Shown: positions 19,997-29,679, counted from the first letter of the stretch. The stretch: DNA of 64,000 bases from Candidatus Omnitrophota bacterium (GCA_043821285.1 JBDRCZ010000058.1:18699-82698), one strand, 5' to 3'. Program-made: numbers and translations. Notes: generated by a model not told the origin, from the sequence alone.

Positions 19997-20656
19997 ACAG
20001 GCACGGATACATATTCCGCAAATATGATATTTTACTCCCGCAAGCTTGGAAAAATTTCTAAGCGTTTGATAGCACTTCTCGTGTTCAAAATCTTCTCTTT
20101 TTTCCCGGATTGCCCCGGCTGGACAGACGTTTATACAACGCCGGCACTGGCCGCAATCCCGGTTTAGCGGGTTATCTCTTTTAAGCGGCAAGTTCGTCAA
20201 TATGGTTACAAATCTAAGCCTGCTGCCAAACTTGGGACTGACAATCAAATTATTCCTTCCCCACCAGCCAATCCCGGCTAAATCAGCCACATGCTTATGC
20301 GAAAGATGCGCCTTTTGCCTTTTCCAGTCCACCAATTGAGATGCGGCAATTGGTAGTGTGGAATAATTACACTCCTTTATATAATGGACTATTCTTAATG
20401 CAATTTGATCCAGTGCAGAATTTAGCTGACGGTAATGCCAGCTATAAATCAGTGTCGGATGGTCCACAATTGTTTCCACGACATCACTGGCAAGTCCCAT
20501 CCCCACACTAATCGCTGAACAATATTTATCTTTTAACCTTTCAATCTCCGGAGAAAACTCTATCCTCTGGCCGGATAACTCTGCAACCCCAAAAACATCC
20601 GCCCCCCAGGCAAGCGCCTTTGTTTTTAGTTTATTATAATTATCTATCTTATCCAT
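19979..20656 (-). CDS. QueG/reductive dehalogenase-like 4Fe-4S protein
   Basis: SHKHVADLAGIGWWGRNNL, FGSRLR, CGQCRRCINVCP, CGICIRAC. Confidence 0.75.
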   Translation of the reverse strand: MDKIDNYNKLKTKALAWGADVFGVAELSGQRIEFSPEIERLKDKYCSAISVGMGLASDVVETIVDHPTLIYSWHYRQLNSALDQIALRIVHYIKECNYSTLPIAASQLVDWKRQKAHLSHKHVADLAGIGWWGRNNLIVSPKFGSRLRFVTILTNLPLKRDNPLNRDCGQCRRCINVCPAGAIREKREDFEHEKCYQTLRNFSKLAGVKYHICGICIRACSALSN

Positions 20657-20755
20657 TAAATTACTGCCTGCGGCATTAATTTAGCGCTTACCTTTTCTTT
20701 AAAAAAGAAAAGGCAGCCAAAAGAAAACTCACAACTTATTGACAGATGTTCGCAG

Positions 20756-20818
20756 ATAAAAAAATTCCTTCGGACTCTTTTTATCCATTTAAAAACCTCT
20801 CGTATTCAAAACTTCCCT
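20756..20818. repeat. Family A repeat copy
   Basis: ATAAAAAAATTCCTTCGGACTCTTTTTATCCATTTAAAAACCTCTCGTATTCAAAACTTCCCT. Confidence 0.85.
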
Positions 20819-20958
20819 TAACGTAAAGCTCAGCGATTCGGACCGCTTAAGCACTGCAAATTCGCTGCAGCGCTTTGTTATAATTTTTTTATTCTCACAC
20901 AGAGCCGCAACGAACACAGCAAAATAACGATCCGGTGTAGCAACTTGTTATGTATTTT

Positions 20959-21348
20959 CTATCTAAATTTTGAAAAATACCTGTCTATTTCAGGTCTTAA
21001 TTCTATACCTACTCTCTCAAAGCAGTCTAATAATTCGAGATATGTGCCTATTCCTCCGAGAAAATCCCAAAATTCTTCTGCAACTTTTAATTCATTATCC
21101 AAATCCAGCATTCCTTTCAGTGTCCATCTCTCATAGGGATTTGGTTCATAAGGATTATATGGGATAGAAATATAAGAATGCACATTTGCAGTCGGATGCC
21201 CTGACAAATAAATCGCTATCCACTCTAATAATGTTCTTTTGAAGTCCTTAAAATTACTGACATTAGGCTTGGCTGTCTTTAAATTAAATAGATAAATTGT
21301 CCCATCATTACCTTTGACAAACAAATCAACTTTCACAGTTTTTACTTT
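20959..21348 (-). pseudogene. TdeIII-family type II restriction endonuclease, C-terminal remnant
   Basis: KVDLF...LFNLKTAKPN, IPYNPY, EEFWDFLGG match the C-terminal half of the family as I recall it. The N-terminal half and an RBS are absent, and the frame overlaps the MTase stop. Confidence 0.7.
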
Positions 21349-22943
21349 AAGTGAAAAATTGTTTCCGCATAAGCCGTATCCCGATCTTTTTCTACCCGAT
21401 TAAGAACCGGACGTTTGAACTGATTAATTATTTTCATGTTGGATAATTCGGCAATTTTAGGATAACGATTAAATTTGTCATTAGCCACTAAAAAAACATC
21501 ATAATCGTTTTGTAAATACTTTTTACAATTTATTAAAACTCCTGCGATACCCTCTAAATATAAATCTCTCGCTTCTTTTCCTTGACCTTTGACTAAGGGG
21601 CCTATTTCCAATTCGTCTTTTCGTTTAAATTCGAACATTTCATAAGCATAAGCGTGTTGTTCATGATAATCTATAAGTCCAACATAAGGCGGGCTTGAAA
21701 AAATTCCTCTTATCTTTTGTCTGGATAATATTTTTGCAAGTTCTGGATTTGCCTTTTTAATCTCTTCGTAAATATCAATGCTTCTACTATCGCCTGTTAG
21801 ACAAATTTGAAAAGTTTCTGTTTTTAATTTATCAAATTCTTTAAGCCGATTTAAGGTGTCAAAAGTATAGGTTTGCCACCAACCGGCAATTGAAAAAATT
21901 GGCTTGCAAATTTTTCCGTGCTTTTTACAGTAATATGTTGTTATTACAGGTTCTTTTAGGGTTGCCAAATCCGCATGAGTGGTTGCTCTACAGGAACGAA
22001 CTGTTCTGCTTAAGATAACCGCTAAAACTTTTTTAATATCTTTTTTAGCTATTGTTGTTTTTAATTCCTTAAACAAAAAATCCATATCTTCTCTTACCGG
22101 ATATAAAAACCATTTATCCAAAAAAGTATCCTTTTTATCTTGTTTAATTTTTATTTGATACTTTTTTACTAAAGTATTGTAGGTGGACAAAAATTCTTTT
22201 GCTTTTTCATTGGCATATTTATTCTCATCAATTTCACCTTTTAAAACTTTTCTCTTATATTCTGGCGATGGGAAATATTTAGCATCGAATTTTGCAAGTT
22301 CTGAAAGGAGGATTTCTTCAAATGAATTATTACTTCTTGTCTTTTGAAAGTCTTTTAGCCGGGAGGTTAGTTTAGCGATGGCTTCTGCAATTAAGAGAAT
22401 ATTGTGCTTTTCAACCTTGACATTAGTAATCATCGCGTTGAAGGAAGAAATATCTATCCCAATAGCATGTATACCCAGTTCATTTGCTTGTACTAAAGTT
22501 GTCCCACTTCCACAAAAGGGGTCTAATACTATATCGTCTTCATGAAAATAAACATCTCTTTTAAACTCGTCCTTATGAGAATCAAGAAAATACTCTACCA
22601 GTTGTGGAATAAACTTTCCTTTATAAGGATGTAATCTATGCACATGCTTTGTCCTTTCTGATTCCTTGTATTCTACAAAAGACAAATGCCAATTAAGGTC
22701 TTTACCTAATATGCTTTTCCACTGTTCTTCCTTTCTAAAAGAATCGTAATAATCCTTTAACTCTTTTATGTTTAATAAAGAATTGCCATTATTACTATAC
22801 TTTCTTATTTTTCCATATTGCACTAGATATGATATGTTTGAAATGGTAACTTTACGATTTAAATATTGAGAAGCCCAAACACTTGCTTCTCTTAAACTAA
22901 AGAGTTTATCATCTTCTTTTCTAAATAATGTTAGCTGCTTCAT
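21342..22943 (-). CDS. Amino (N4-C/N6-A) DNA methyltransferase with N-terminal HTH-like extension
   Basis: HPYKGKF, VLDPFCGSGTT (motif I), FSSPPY (motif IV). AT-rich compared with flanks. Confidence 0.88.
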   Translation of the reverse strand: MKQLTLFRKEDDKLFSLREASVWASQYLNRKVTISNISYLVQYGKIRKYSNNGNSLLNIKELKDYYDSFRKEEQWKSILGKDLNWHLSFVEYKESERTKHVHRLHPYKGKFIPQLVEYFLDSHKDEFKRDVYFHEDDIVLDPFCGSGTTLVQANELGIHAIGIDISSFNAMITNVKVEKHNILLIAEAIAKLTSRLKDFQKTRSNNSFEEILLSELAKFDAKYFPSPEYKRKVLKGEIDENKYANEKAKEFLSTYNTLVKKYQIKIKQDKKDTFLDKWFLYPVREDMDFLFKELKTTIAKKDIKKVLAVILSRTVRSCRATTHADLATLKEPVITTYYCKKHGKICKPIFSIAGWWQTYTFDTLNRLKEFDKLKTETFQICLTGDSRSIDIYEEIKKANPELAKILSRQKIRGIFSSPPYVGLIDYHEQHAYAYEMFEFKRKDELEIGPLVKGQGKEARDLYLEGIAGVLINCKKYLQNDYDVFLVANDKFNRYPKIAELSNMKIINQFKRPVLNRVEKDRDTAYAETIFHLK

Positions 22944-23174
22944 CTCTTATTATCCTTGAAATAGACAATTTTCTTTTTTATTATTACACATAACAAAAAA
23001 CTCCCTCTGTGCCCTTTTAGAGTATTAATCTTTTATCCCTCCTTTTAGTCTCAACACGTTGAATGAACTTGTATCGCAGATGCCATTATCTTCCCGGTTA
23101 TCTCCTTCATCGGGCATTCATTTCGAGAACTCTGAGTATTATCTTTCTGTCTGCGTTCTTTACATCTGCGTTTT

Positions 23175-23660
23175 TCAGTAGTAATTCATAACCATATTTC
23201 TACCTATATGGTCATAAACCAGATTACCTGACACTAAATATTGTTTTTTTCCCTCGACCAGCCAAAGATTAAATTGCGGTGGTTTAATTAGCGTCTTTTT
23301 TATAATCCTTGCCAAGTTATTTGAGCGGGTAACAAATCCCTCTCGAAAAAAACTATCCTCCACCCGCGCCACAATAACATAAAACTTTTTATTACATTCT
23401 ACCGTTAACACCTCTGCTTTTAACCCATTCTCGTCAATTGCCTGCTGGAATTTTTTAACCTGTTTATCATCTATCTGATTAAATTCACTGGCTGACGGAA
23501 TAACCTTTCGCCAGAAATAAACCAGCAAAATAATTATAAGAATCGAAAGCAGAAGTAATAATTTCTTTTTCACGTTTAGAGAATGCAAAAACCTTTGCCA
23601 AAAATACAGAAAATTCCCTGATAGACCGCTAATCCGGTCAGGGATTTTCCTGTTCAGCAC
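23175..23660 (-). CDS. Hypothetical membrane-anchored protein
   Basis: KKKLLLLLSILIIILLVYFW hydrophobic segment. True start may be GTG 23573. Confidence 0.6.
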   Translation of the reverse strand: MLNRKIPDRISGLSGNFLYFWQRFLHSLNVKKKLLLLLSILIIILLVYFWRKVIPSASEFNQIDDKQVKKFQQAIDENGLKAEVLTVECNKKFYVIVARVEDSFFREGFVTRSNNLARIIKKTLIKPPQFNLWLVEGKKQYLVSGNLVYDHIGRNMVMNYY

Positions 23661-24000
23661 TTAATAGCTGAAGATAAAGTTTCAAGCGGTTTTTTGTCTC
23701 CTCCGGCATCTCCAAAAACATAATCCCGCTGCGGTATAAAACTTCTCCCGTACCTTTGGATTTTTTATCTACAAAACACCAAATAATTTTCCCTTTTATA
23801 AATAAAGTAAAAAGTGTCCCGGGCAGTTTAATTTCTAGTTCAATTAATTGGCCGGGTTTGAATTCTTCCGGGATAATCAAACCTATCCCCCCCAGGCTAA
23901 CATCCCGGCTGGTACAATCTTTATATGCTTCTTCTCCTTGCTGCTTATATTTTATTTTCAACATTTGCAAAACACGCGGATGCTCACGCCGTTCGACCAT
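23638..24000 (-). CDS. PilZ domain protein
   Basis: ERREHPR (RxxxR) and DVSLGG (DxSxxG) c-di-GMP motifs. RBS AAGGAGG. Confidence 0.9.
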   Translation of the reverse strand: MVERREHPRVLQMLKIKYKQQGEEAYKDCTSRDVSLGGIGLIIPEEFKPGQLIELEIKLPGTLFTLFIKGKIIWCFVDKKSKGTGEVLYRSGIMFLEMPEETKNRLKLYLQLLSAEQENP

Positions 24001-24007
24001 TTATTCC

Positions 24008-24192
24008 TCCTTAAATGAGCAGACAATTTACGAAGTGTTAACTTCATAAATTGTAGGACTACGTCCGTCTGCGAATTTAATCCGCCGGTTTATTAGGCGG
24101 ATATTAACTATTTCCTTAAATGAGCAGACAATTTACGAAATGTTAACTTCATAAATTGTAGGACTACGTCCGTCTGCGAATTTAATCCGCCG
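24008..24192 (-). repeat. Two tandem copies (105-bp period) of structured element family C
   Basis: 24008-24087 and 24113-24192 are nearly identical. Third copy, inverted, at 39565-39636. Confidence 0.9.
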
Positions 24193-24353
24193 TTGTATTA
24201 GCGGCAGACTTTGGCAGATCTTCGATTTACCGGGCAAATATTATGTTATTCCACTAACAACAAATATCACTCTTAAATCCATTTTTATCCGTGGGTAATC
24301 CGTGCTTATCCTTGGCCATATTTTATTCTTTTGCCACGGATGAAACGCGGATT

Positions 24354-24719
24354 TTAGTACAGTTTTCCTGGTTTAGAAAATAATAATTGAATATATTCTT
24401 TTAAACGTTTTCTGGTCTCTTCCGGTATTTCCGTAAACATAACCCCGACACGGTATGAAATCTTTTCCGTGTCTTTAGACCTTTTATTTACAAAACTCCA
24501 AACAATTTTTCCTTTAAGAAATAACGGTGACGATTGCCTGGGTAATTCAATCTCGAGTTCAACCAACTCCCCGGGGGTAAACGCTTCTGATACAGTTAAA
24601 CCTACTCCGCCCAGACTAATATCCCGGCTGGTGCAACTGTAGGGTGTTGCTTCTTTTTCTTTCTTATATTTTACGGCTAATACCGTTAATACCCGCGGAT
24701 GCTTGCGTCGTTCCTGCAT
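24354..24719 (-). CDS. PilZ domain protein (paralog of 23638-24000)
   Basis: ERRKHPR, DISLGG. Colinear similarity with the neighbouring PilZ gene. Confidence 0.9.
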   Translation of the reverse strand: MQERRKHPRVLTVLAVKYKKEKEATPYSCTSRDISLGGVGLTVSEAFTPGELVELEIELPRQSSPLFLKGKIVWSFVNKRSKDTEKISYRVGVMFTEIPEETRKRLKEYIQLLFSKPGKLY

Positions 24720-24995
24720 TTTTTCTCCTTCTTTTTGCCAGTCAGTTATACCGACGGACTAAGTTTGAATATGATAGCAAAAAAACAATAGAATAATAAT
24801 CCCGCAAAGTCGCAAAGCACGCAAAGAAATACATAATATCATCAGAAATAATCTTATCCCCCCACAGATTAACAACTTGGCGCTCTTTGCGTCTTGGCGG
24901 GAAAATAAGTATTTATGGTAATGAACGGCCATAGGCCCGTCGCTCATCTTATAAGTGAGCACTAGGCCATCTGGGGTTAATCTTTTCATATCCTT

Positions 24996-26270
24996 TCATA
25001 TTCTATTTAACACTACTTTTGGCAGTAATATTGCCGCATTAGGAATAACATATGTCTTAAAATCAACTGGTAAATATTTTTCTGCTAAGGCAAAAGCCTG
25101 TTTTATATTTTTGGCATAAATCATTGACATCAGCTCTGTATTCTTCCTTGACATTTTAGAAACGAAAATAATTCTAAATTTTTTTGTTTTAACCAAAGCC
25201 GCATATACGGTATGTCCGGGGATGGTAAATCTTTTGCGCAAGGCTGACTCAATATTTTCTGAAGTATACATCTTAAAATATTTTTCAATGCCTCTTGAGC
25301 CAAACCCCTCTCGGCACTCCGCCAGCACAATCATTACCCCGCCTTTTTTAATAACATCTTTGGCATTATCAATTGCCTTATGTACCTGAACAAAATTTAT
25401 ATCTAGGGGACGGCCGCCGGCAGAAACTATTGCCAGATCGGCTTTAAAATTAGCACGCGGACGATAAATTTTATCGATAAACTTACAGCCTTGTCGATGC
25501 GCTTTTATCAGATCTCCGGCAAAAAACTTGCAGATTTTTTTATCCTGGTTCAAAACCACATTAATCATAAAAACCGGTTTTAAAAACTTAACCGCCGCAA
25601 GCATATCCTGATTCACGGGATTACGCAAATATTCTCCCGCACGGGCACCTTTATTATGCAGGCAAAGCTGGTGATTATACCTTATCGTATCAAAACCACA
25701 AATACCAGGAAGAATACTCTTCCGTCCGCCACCATATCCGGCAAAATAATGAAAATCGATTTTTCCGGTAGCAATTAAACGGTCTACGCTTAATACCCGT
25801 CTATTTATAAAAATTTTATTGCCGTATCTGGTACGACCGACTAAGGAAAGAGCAGGTTTATTATGACAATCGTGATCAAAAACCTTAATGCGTTGGTAAA
25901 TCTCATCTCCGACTAAAAACCGCTGTTCTTTTTTTGTATGCCGGCGGTGTGCGCCGGTGGTAAAAATGATCGAAATATCGCGGTCAGGAATCCCTAACGC
26001 ATTTAAACGTTGTAAAATCCCGGGAAGATAAATTTTCGCGGTTGGCAAACGGGTAATATCAGAAACCAAAATGCCAACCTTTTGTCCGTTTTTAAAAAAT
26101 CGCTCAAACCGCAGTGTACCCGCCGGATGATTTAACACCTTGTTTAGTGCTTTATCTAAATCAACAATTGGCGGCAATGATCTGACATCTAATAACTTTA
26201 TTAAATGATTAGTTTTGATTACAAACCTTATCTTTTTACCTCCATAAGGCAAAAGTATCTCTTTCATCAT
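24996..26270 (-). CDS. larA: Nickel-pincer-dependent lactate racemase family protein
   Basis: SDITR, TGAHR, HYFAGYGGGRKSILPG, DINFVQVHKA. Start taken at ATG 26270. Confidence 0.82.
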   Translation of the reverse strand: MMKEILLPYGGKKIRFVIKTNHLIKLLDVRSLPPIVDLDKALNKVLNHPAGTLRFERFFKNGQKVGILVSDITRLPTAKIYLPGILQRLNALGIPDRDISIIFTTGAHRRHTKKEQRFLVGDEIYQRIKVFDHDCHNKPALSLVGRTRYGNKIFINRRVLSVDRLIATGKIDFHYFAGYGGGRKSILPGICGFDTIRYNHQLCLHNKGARAGEYLRNPVNQDMLAAVKFLKPVFMINVVLNQDKKICKFFAGDLIKAHRQGCKFIDKIYRPRANFKADLAIVSAGGRPLDINFVQVHKAIDNAKDVIKKGGVMIVLAECREGFGSRGIEKYFKMYTSENIESALRKRFTIPGHTVYAALVKTKKFRIIFVSKMSRKNTELMSMIYAKNIKQAFALAEKYLPVDFKTYVIPNAAILLPKVVLNRI

Positions 26271-26340
26271 GAAGATACCCCTTCGCAAGCGGGTTCTGTC
26301 AAAAATCACCTACACTTTTTAATCTGAAATATTCCGCATG

Positions 26341-27483
26341 TTAGACGATAACGCCTTGTTCCTCTTCTAATAAGCTCTCATCGATCTCCTGACGGTTATT
26401 TATAATCAAGTCGCAAATCAATTTTCCGGTAATTGGGGCTAAGGTAATCCCATCTCCATTATGTCCGCAGGCATTGATAAAGTTATCTGCCGTATCCGCA
26501 TATCCTAATAAAGGCAAACCTTGCGGGTTATAAGGCCTAATCCCGGAAAACGCCCGGATGATTTTTATATCTTTTAATCCGGGAATTATTTTAATCGCAT
26601 GACTGGCAATCGCGCTTATCCCCGGCATCGTGACAATATTGCAGTGAGCGTCTTCACGCGTGGCACCAATTAATAAGTTACCATCTTTCGTCTGTTCAAT
26701 GGTTGTCCCAATGCCTTTCAACTGATCATCGAATTTTAAATTTAAATAACAGTTGCAGGCAATAAGCCGGTCAATAATCCGCTCTGCTATTTCCGTAACT
26801 AAAACCTGTCCCCGCCGCGGCTGAATCGGTAAATCAAAACCAATCATCCCGGCAAGAGCACGGCTGTCTATTCCCGCAGCATTAATTATCTTATTAAACT
26901 TTATTCTGTCCTGCTTGGTCAGTGCCTCTTCTGCTTTTGTCTTTCGCATCTTTATCGCAACCACCTCAGATCGCAGCAGCAGCAGCGCGCCGCGTTCCCT
27001 GGCCTTTTTTAAATACGCATAAACAACCCGCAGGGGATTTACCTGTGCATCATCCGGTGCATATGTTGCGCCATAAATCTGGGGACTGAGCTCTGGTTCG
27101 AGTGTGCACGCCTGATAAGTGGTTAACAGTCGCACATCGAGCTTGTTTGCCCGGTGAACAATAATCATCTTTTTACTTTCTTCAAGCTGTTTAATGTTTT
27201 CGATTATTACCAGACTTCCCTTTTTTTCATACTCAATATCTTCACCTAACTCATTGGCCAAATTCTGATACAACTGCGCTGACGTCTTTGCCAGTTTCAA
27301 ATGCCGCCCGGTCCTTTTTGACTGCATACAAATATATCCATCGCATGCGCCAGAGGCGCCGGCGGCCGGCTCGAGCTTGTCAACTAGTAAGGTGTCGACA
27401 TTATTCCGTGCAAGATAATAGGCAATGCTCGCACCGATTATTCCCCCGCCAACGATCAAAATATCAGTCCGCGTTATCCCCAC
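26341..27483 (-). CDS. FAD-dependent oxidoreductase (DAO / sarcosine oxidase beta / proline dehydrogenase beta-like)
   Basis: IVGGGIIGASIAY, GASGACDG, GIRPY, GHNGDGITLAP. Confidence 0.88.
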   Translation of the reverse strand: MGITRTDILIVGGGIIGASIAYYLARNNVDTLLVDKLEPAAGASGACDGYICMQSKRTGRHLKLAKTSAQLYQNLANELGEDIEYEKKGSLVIIENIKQLEESKKMIIVHRANKLDVRLLTTYQACTLEPELSPQIYGATYAPDDAQVNPLRVVYAYLKKARERGALLLLRSEVVAIKMRKTKAEEALTKQDRIKFNKIINAAGIDSRALAGMIGFDLPIQPRRGQVLVTEIAERIIDRLIACNCYLNLKFDDQLKGIGTTIEQTKDGNLLIGATREDAHCNIVTMPGISAIASHAIKIIPGLKDIKIIRAFSGIRPYNPQGLPLLGYADTADNFINACGHNGDGITLAPITGKLICDLIINNRQEIDESLLEEEQGVIV

Positions 27484-27742
27484 CTTCTAATACTCCTAAT
27501 TTTACCGGTTCAACCGGTATGCGTTTAGTCTCCCCGGGTAGTTCTGATACTTTATAATGCAACTCACGCACAAGAATCTCCTGCACGAGCTCGGCACAAT
27601 TATGTCCTTGGCATAGTCCCATTCCGGCCCGGGTCATACGTTTTATACTGTTTATGCTTCTTGCTCCGTTTTTTATCGCCTGGAGTATTTCTTCTTCTGT
27701 TATTTCTTCACAGCGGCAGATAATCACTGGGTTTTTCTTCAT
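27464..27742 (-). CDS. BFD-like (2Fe-2S)-binding protein
   Basis: ICRCEEIT, TRAGMGLCQGHNC. Confidence 0.88.
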   Translation of the reverse strand: MKKNPVIICRCEEITEEEILQAIKNGARSINSIKRMTRAGMGLCQGHNCAELVQEILVRELHYKVSELPGETKRIPVEPVKLGVLEGGDNAD

Positions 27743-29325
27743 CGCATTTTTATCCCTCGTGCACTATTGGAAAATCTCTTTGGCAGGGCAATAGAAATAA
27801 CCTTTGTTTTATTGTTTTTGCGCTGATTATCCACTTTTATCACCTTTGCCTCACAGAGTATTTTCCCATTCTTATCAACGGCATCAACTACTTTGCCTTC
27901 CCGGGGAACCGGTAATAATTCATAAGGTAATTTAACCAATGAACGGTCATTTGAAAACGTATCATCAATAACAAATATTGCCAACCCCGGGCAATATGGA
28001 ATACATAGTCCACAGCCGCGGCACTTGTTTAGATCAATAGAGGGGATACTGGTGATATCTCTATCCATTTTTATTGCCGAACGATGACAAATCTTGCGGC
28101 AGGCATCACAGGGAATATCCTCATTACAGTCTAACACCGCCACGGCCCCTTTTTTACGGCGCCACCGGTCAATATCTTTTTTTCGGCATTTAGCAAACAT
28201 CTTACGGTAGGCGCGTAACTGCGCAATGTTTTTGTTGATTTCTGTTTTATATTTATTTCTTAGACGTTTGTTAACTTTACCTGATTTGGCAGCAATACTT
28301 ATTGCCGCAAGCTTCCCCTGTTCCATGGCAATACTTGCCTCTTCTGCACCGCTGGCATCTCCGGCAACGTATATATTATTTATCGTGGTTTCCATCTCAT
28401 CGTTATAAACCGGGATAACCTGATTAAGCCTGACATTATAATACATTTTACATCCGGCCACCTGACACAGCTCAGATTGCGGCTTTAGCCCTATTGCCAG
28501 ACAGATCAGGTCTGCCGGAATTTTTTTCTCGGTCTCCGGAACATATCGGCCTCTTTCCGTAACCCGGACAATCGTCACCTGTTCAACCCCGTCATTCCCT
28601 TCCGCCTCTTTAACTGTATGCGAAAAATAAAAAGGGACGTTTAAACGTTTTAATTTTGCATAATGCACATAATAACCTGAGCATTTATTCCCAAGCTCAA
28701 CAATACCGGCAACCTCCATCCCCGCCTGAATTAATTGATAACTGACAATTAATCCAACATTTCCCGAACCGACCATGAGCACGCGTTTACCGGGGATAAC
28801 TCTATGCAAATTAACCAGTGTCTGCACGGCACCGGCACCCATAATGTTCGGCAGATCCCATCCTGGGAAAGCCATTGTCTTTTCCTTTGCTCCGCTGGAG
28901 ATTATCAAATGTTTGCATTTTATCTGCTGGAGGCGTTCATTTTTAATAATACTGACCTCAATGCCTTGATCAAAAAACACCCCTGCGCAGACCGCCTCAA
29001 GCATTATCTTTACCTTGTATCGGGTACATTCCTTATAAAGCAAGTCGGCAATTTCAAACCCACGCTGCCCCGCACCATGACGGGTCGAGCCAAAAAATTT
29101 ATGTATCTGTTTATAGAGCTGGCCGCCGGCAATATCGTTTTTATCAATCAAGAGCACATCTAATTTATTTTTTGCCGCCTCAGCGGCCGCAGAAAGTCCG
29201 GCCGGACCGGCGCCAATTATTACCAGATCAATCCGGTCATCTTGTTCAATCTTTTTTGTTCCTGCCGCCGTTTTCAATTTAACGTCTTTTCTTTTTGCTG
29301 ATATCGGTTTAATTTTTTTTATCAT
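27739..29325 (-). CDS. Pyridine nucleotide-disulfide oxidoreductase (sarcosine oxidase alpha-like) with C-terminal 4Fe-4S domain
   Basis: IGAGPAGL, GGQLYKQIHKFFGS, GSGNVGL, VAGDASG, then IPCDACRKIC and CRGCGLCIPYCPG. Confidence 0.85.
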   Translation of the reverse strand: MIKKIKPISAKRKDVKLKTAAGTKKIEQDDRIDLVIIGAGPAGLSAAAEAAKNKLDVLLIDKNDIAGGQLYKQIHKFFGSTRHGAGQRGFEIADLLYKECTRYKVKIMLEAVCAGVFFDQGIEVSIIKNERLQQIKCKHLIISSGAKEKTMAFPGWDLPNIMGAGAVQTLVNLHRVIPGKRVLMVGSGNVGLIVSYQLIQAGMEVAGIVELGNKCSGYYVHYAKLKRLNVPFYFSHTVKEAEGNDGVEQVTIVRVTERGRYVPETEKKIPADLICLAIGLKPQSELCQVAGCKMYYNVRLNQVIPVYNDEMETTINNIYVAGDASGAEEASIAMEQGKLAAISIAAKSGKVNKRLRNKYKTEINKNIAQLRAYRKMFAKCRKKDIDRWRRKKGAVAVLDCNEDIPCDACRKICHRSAIKMDRDITSIPSIDLNKCRGCGLCIPYCPGLAIFVIDDTFSNDRSLVKLPYELLPVPREGKVVDAVDKNGKILCEAKVIKVDNQRKNNKTKVISIALPKRFSNSARGIKMR

Positions 29326-29373
29326 ACGTTTCTGCTTTCCGTCTAACTGCTGCGGATGAATTTTTTTATACGC

Positions 29374-29679
29374 TCACGTTTTTTCATGTTTTTCTCTTTC
29401 AATTCTCATATCATGGCACACTTTTTCCAAGCAAATGCGTACATTACTTTTGCCATCTACTTTCATCATACAATCCGTACATCGGCCAATGGCGCAAAAA
29501 ATCCCTCTGGGAGAATGAAATTTTTTGGTAATTTTCAACACTTTAATCCCATTGGCCACAAGCGCCGCGGCCACCGGCTCTCCGGCAAACGCAGAAATCT
29601 TCCTGCCTTCAAAATAAATTGTCACCGTTCGGTGATTAGGAAGTGCATTTAGGATCGGGTGCTTTTTAATCCGCATCAT
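29374..29679 (-). CDS. 2Fe-2S ferredoxin-like subunit (Fer2_4)
   Basis: RIKKHPIL, GEPVAAAL, RGIFCAIGRCTDCMM, VRIC. Confidence 0.88.
   Translation of the reverse strand: MMRIKKHPILNALPNHRTVTIYFEGRKISAFAGEPVAAALVANGIKVLKITKKFHSPRGIFCAIGRCTDCMMKVDGKSNVRICLEKVCHDMRIEREKHEKT

Noticed and set aside
19979-20656. Bona fide queG or reductive dehalogenase
   Set aside because: Only 225 aa, short of canonical QueG or RdhA. Left as a family-level call.
24008-24192. Tandem repeat as a CRISPR array or known c-di-GMP riboswitch
   Set aside because: Units are ~80 bp with only two copies and no cas genes. I cannot match c-di-GMP-I or -II consensus features by eye.
24759-24989. 76-aa ORF between larA and PilZ
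   Set aside because: Runs through CGCAAAG / CTTTGCG inverted repeat DNA and has no recognisable domain. Likely spurious.
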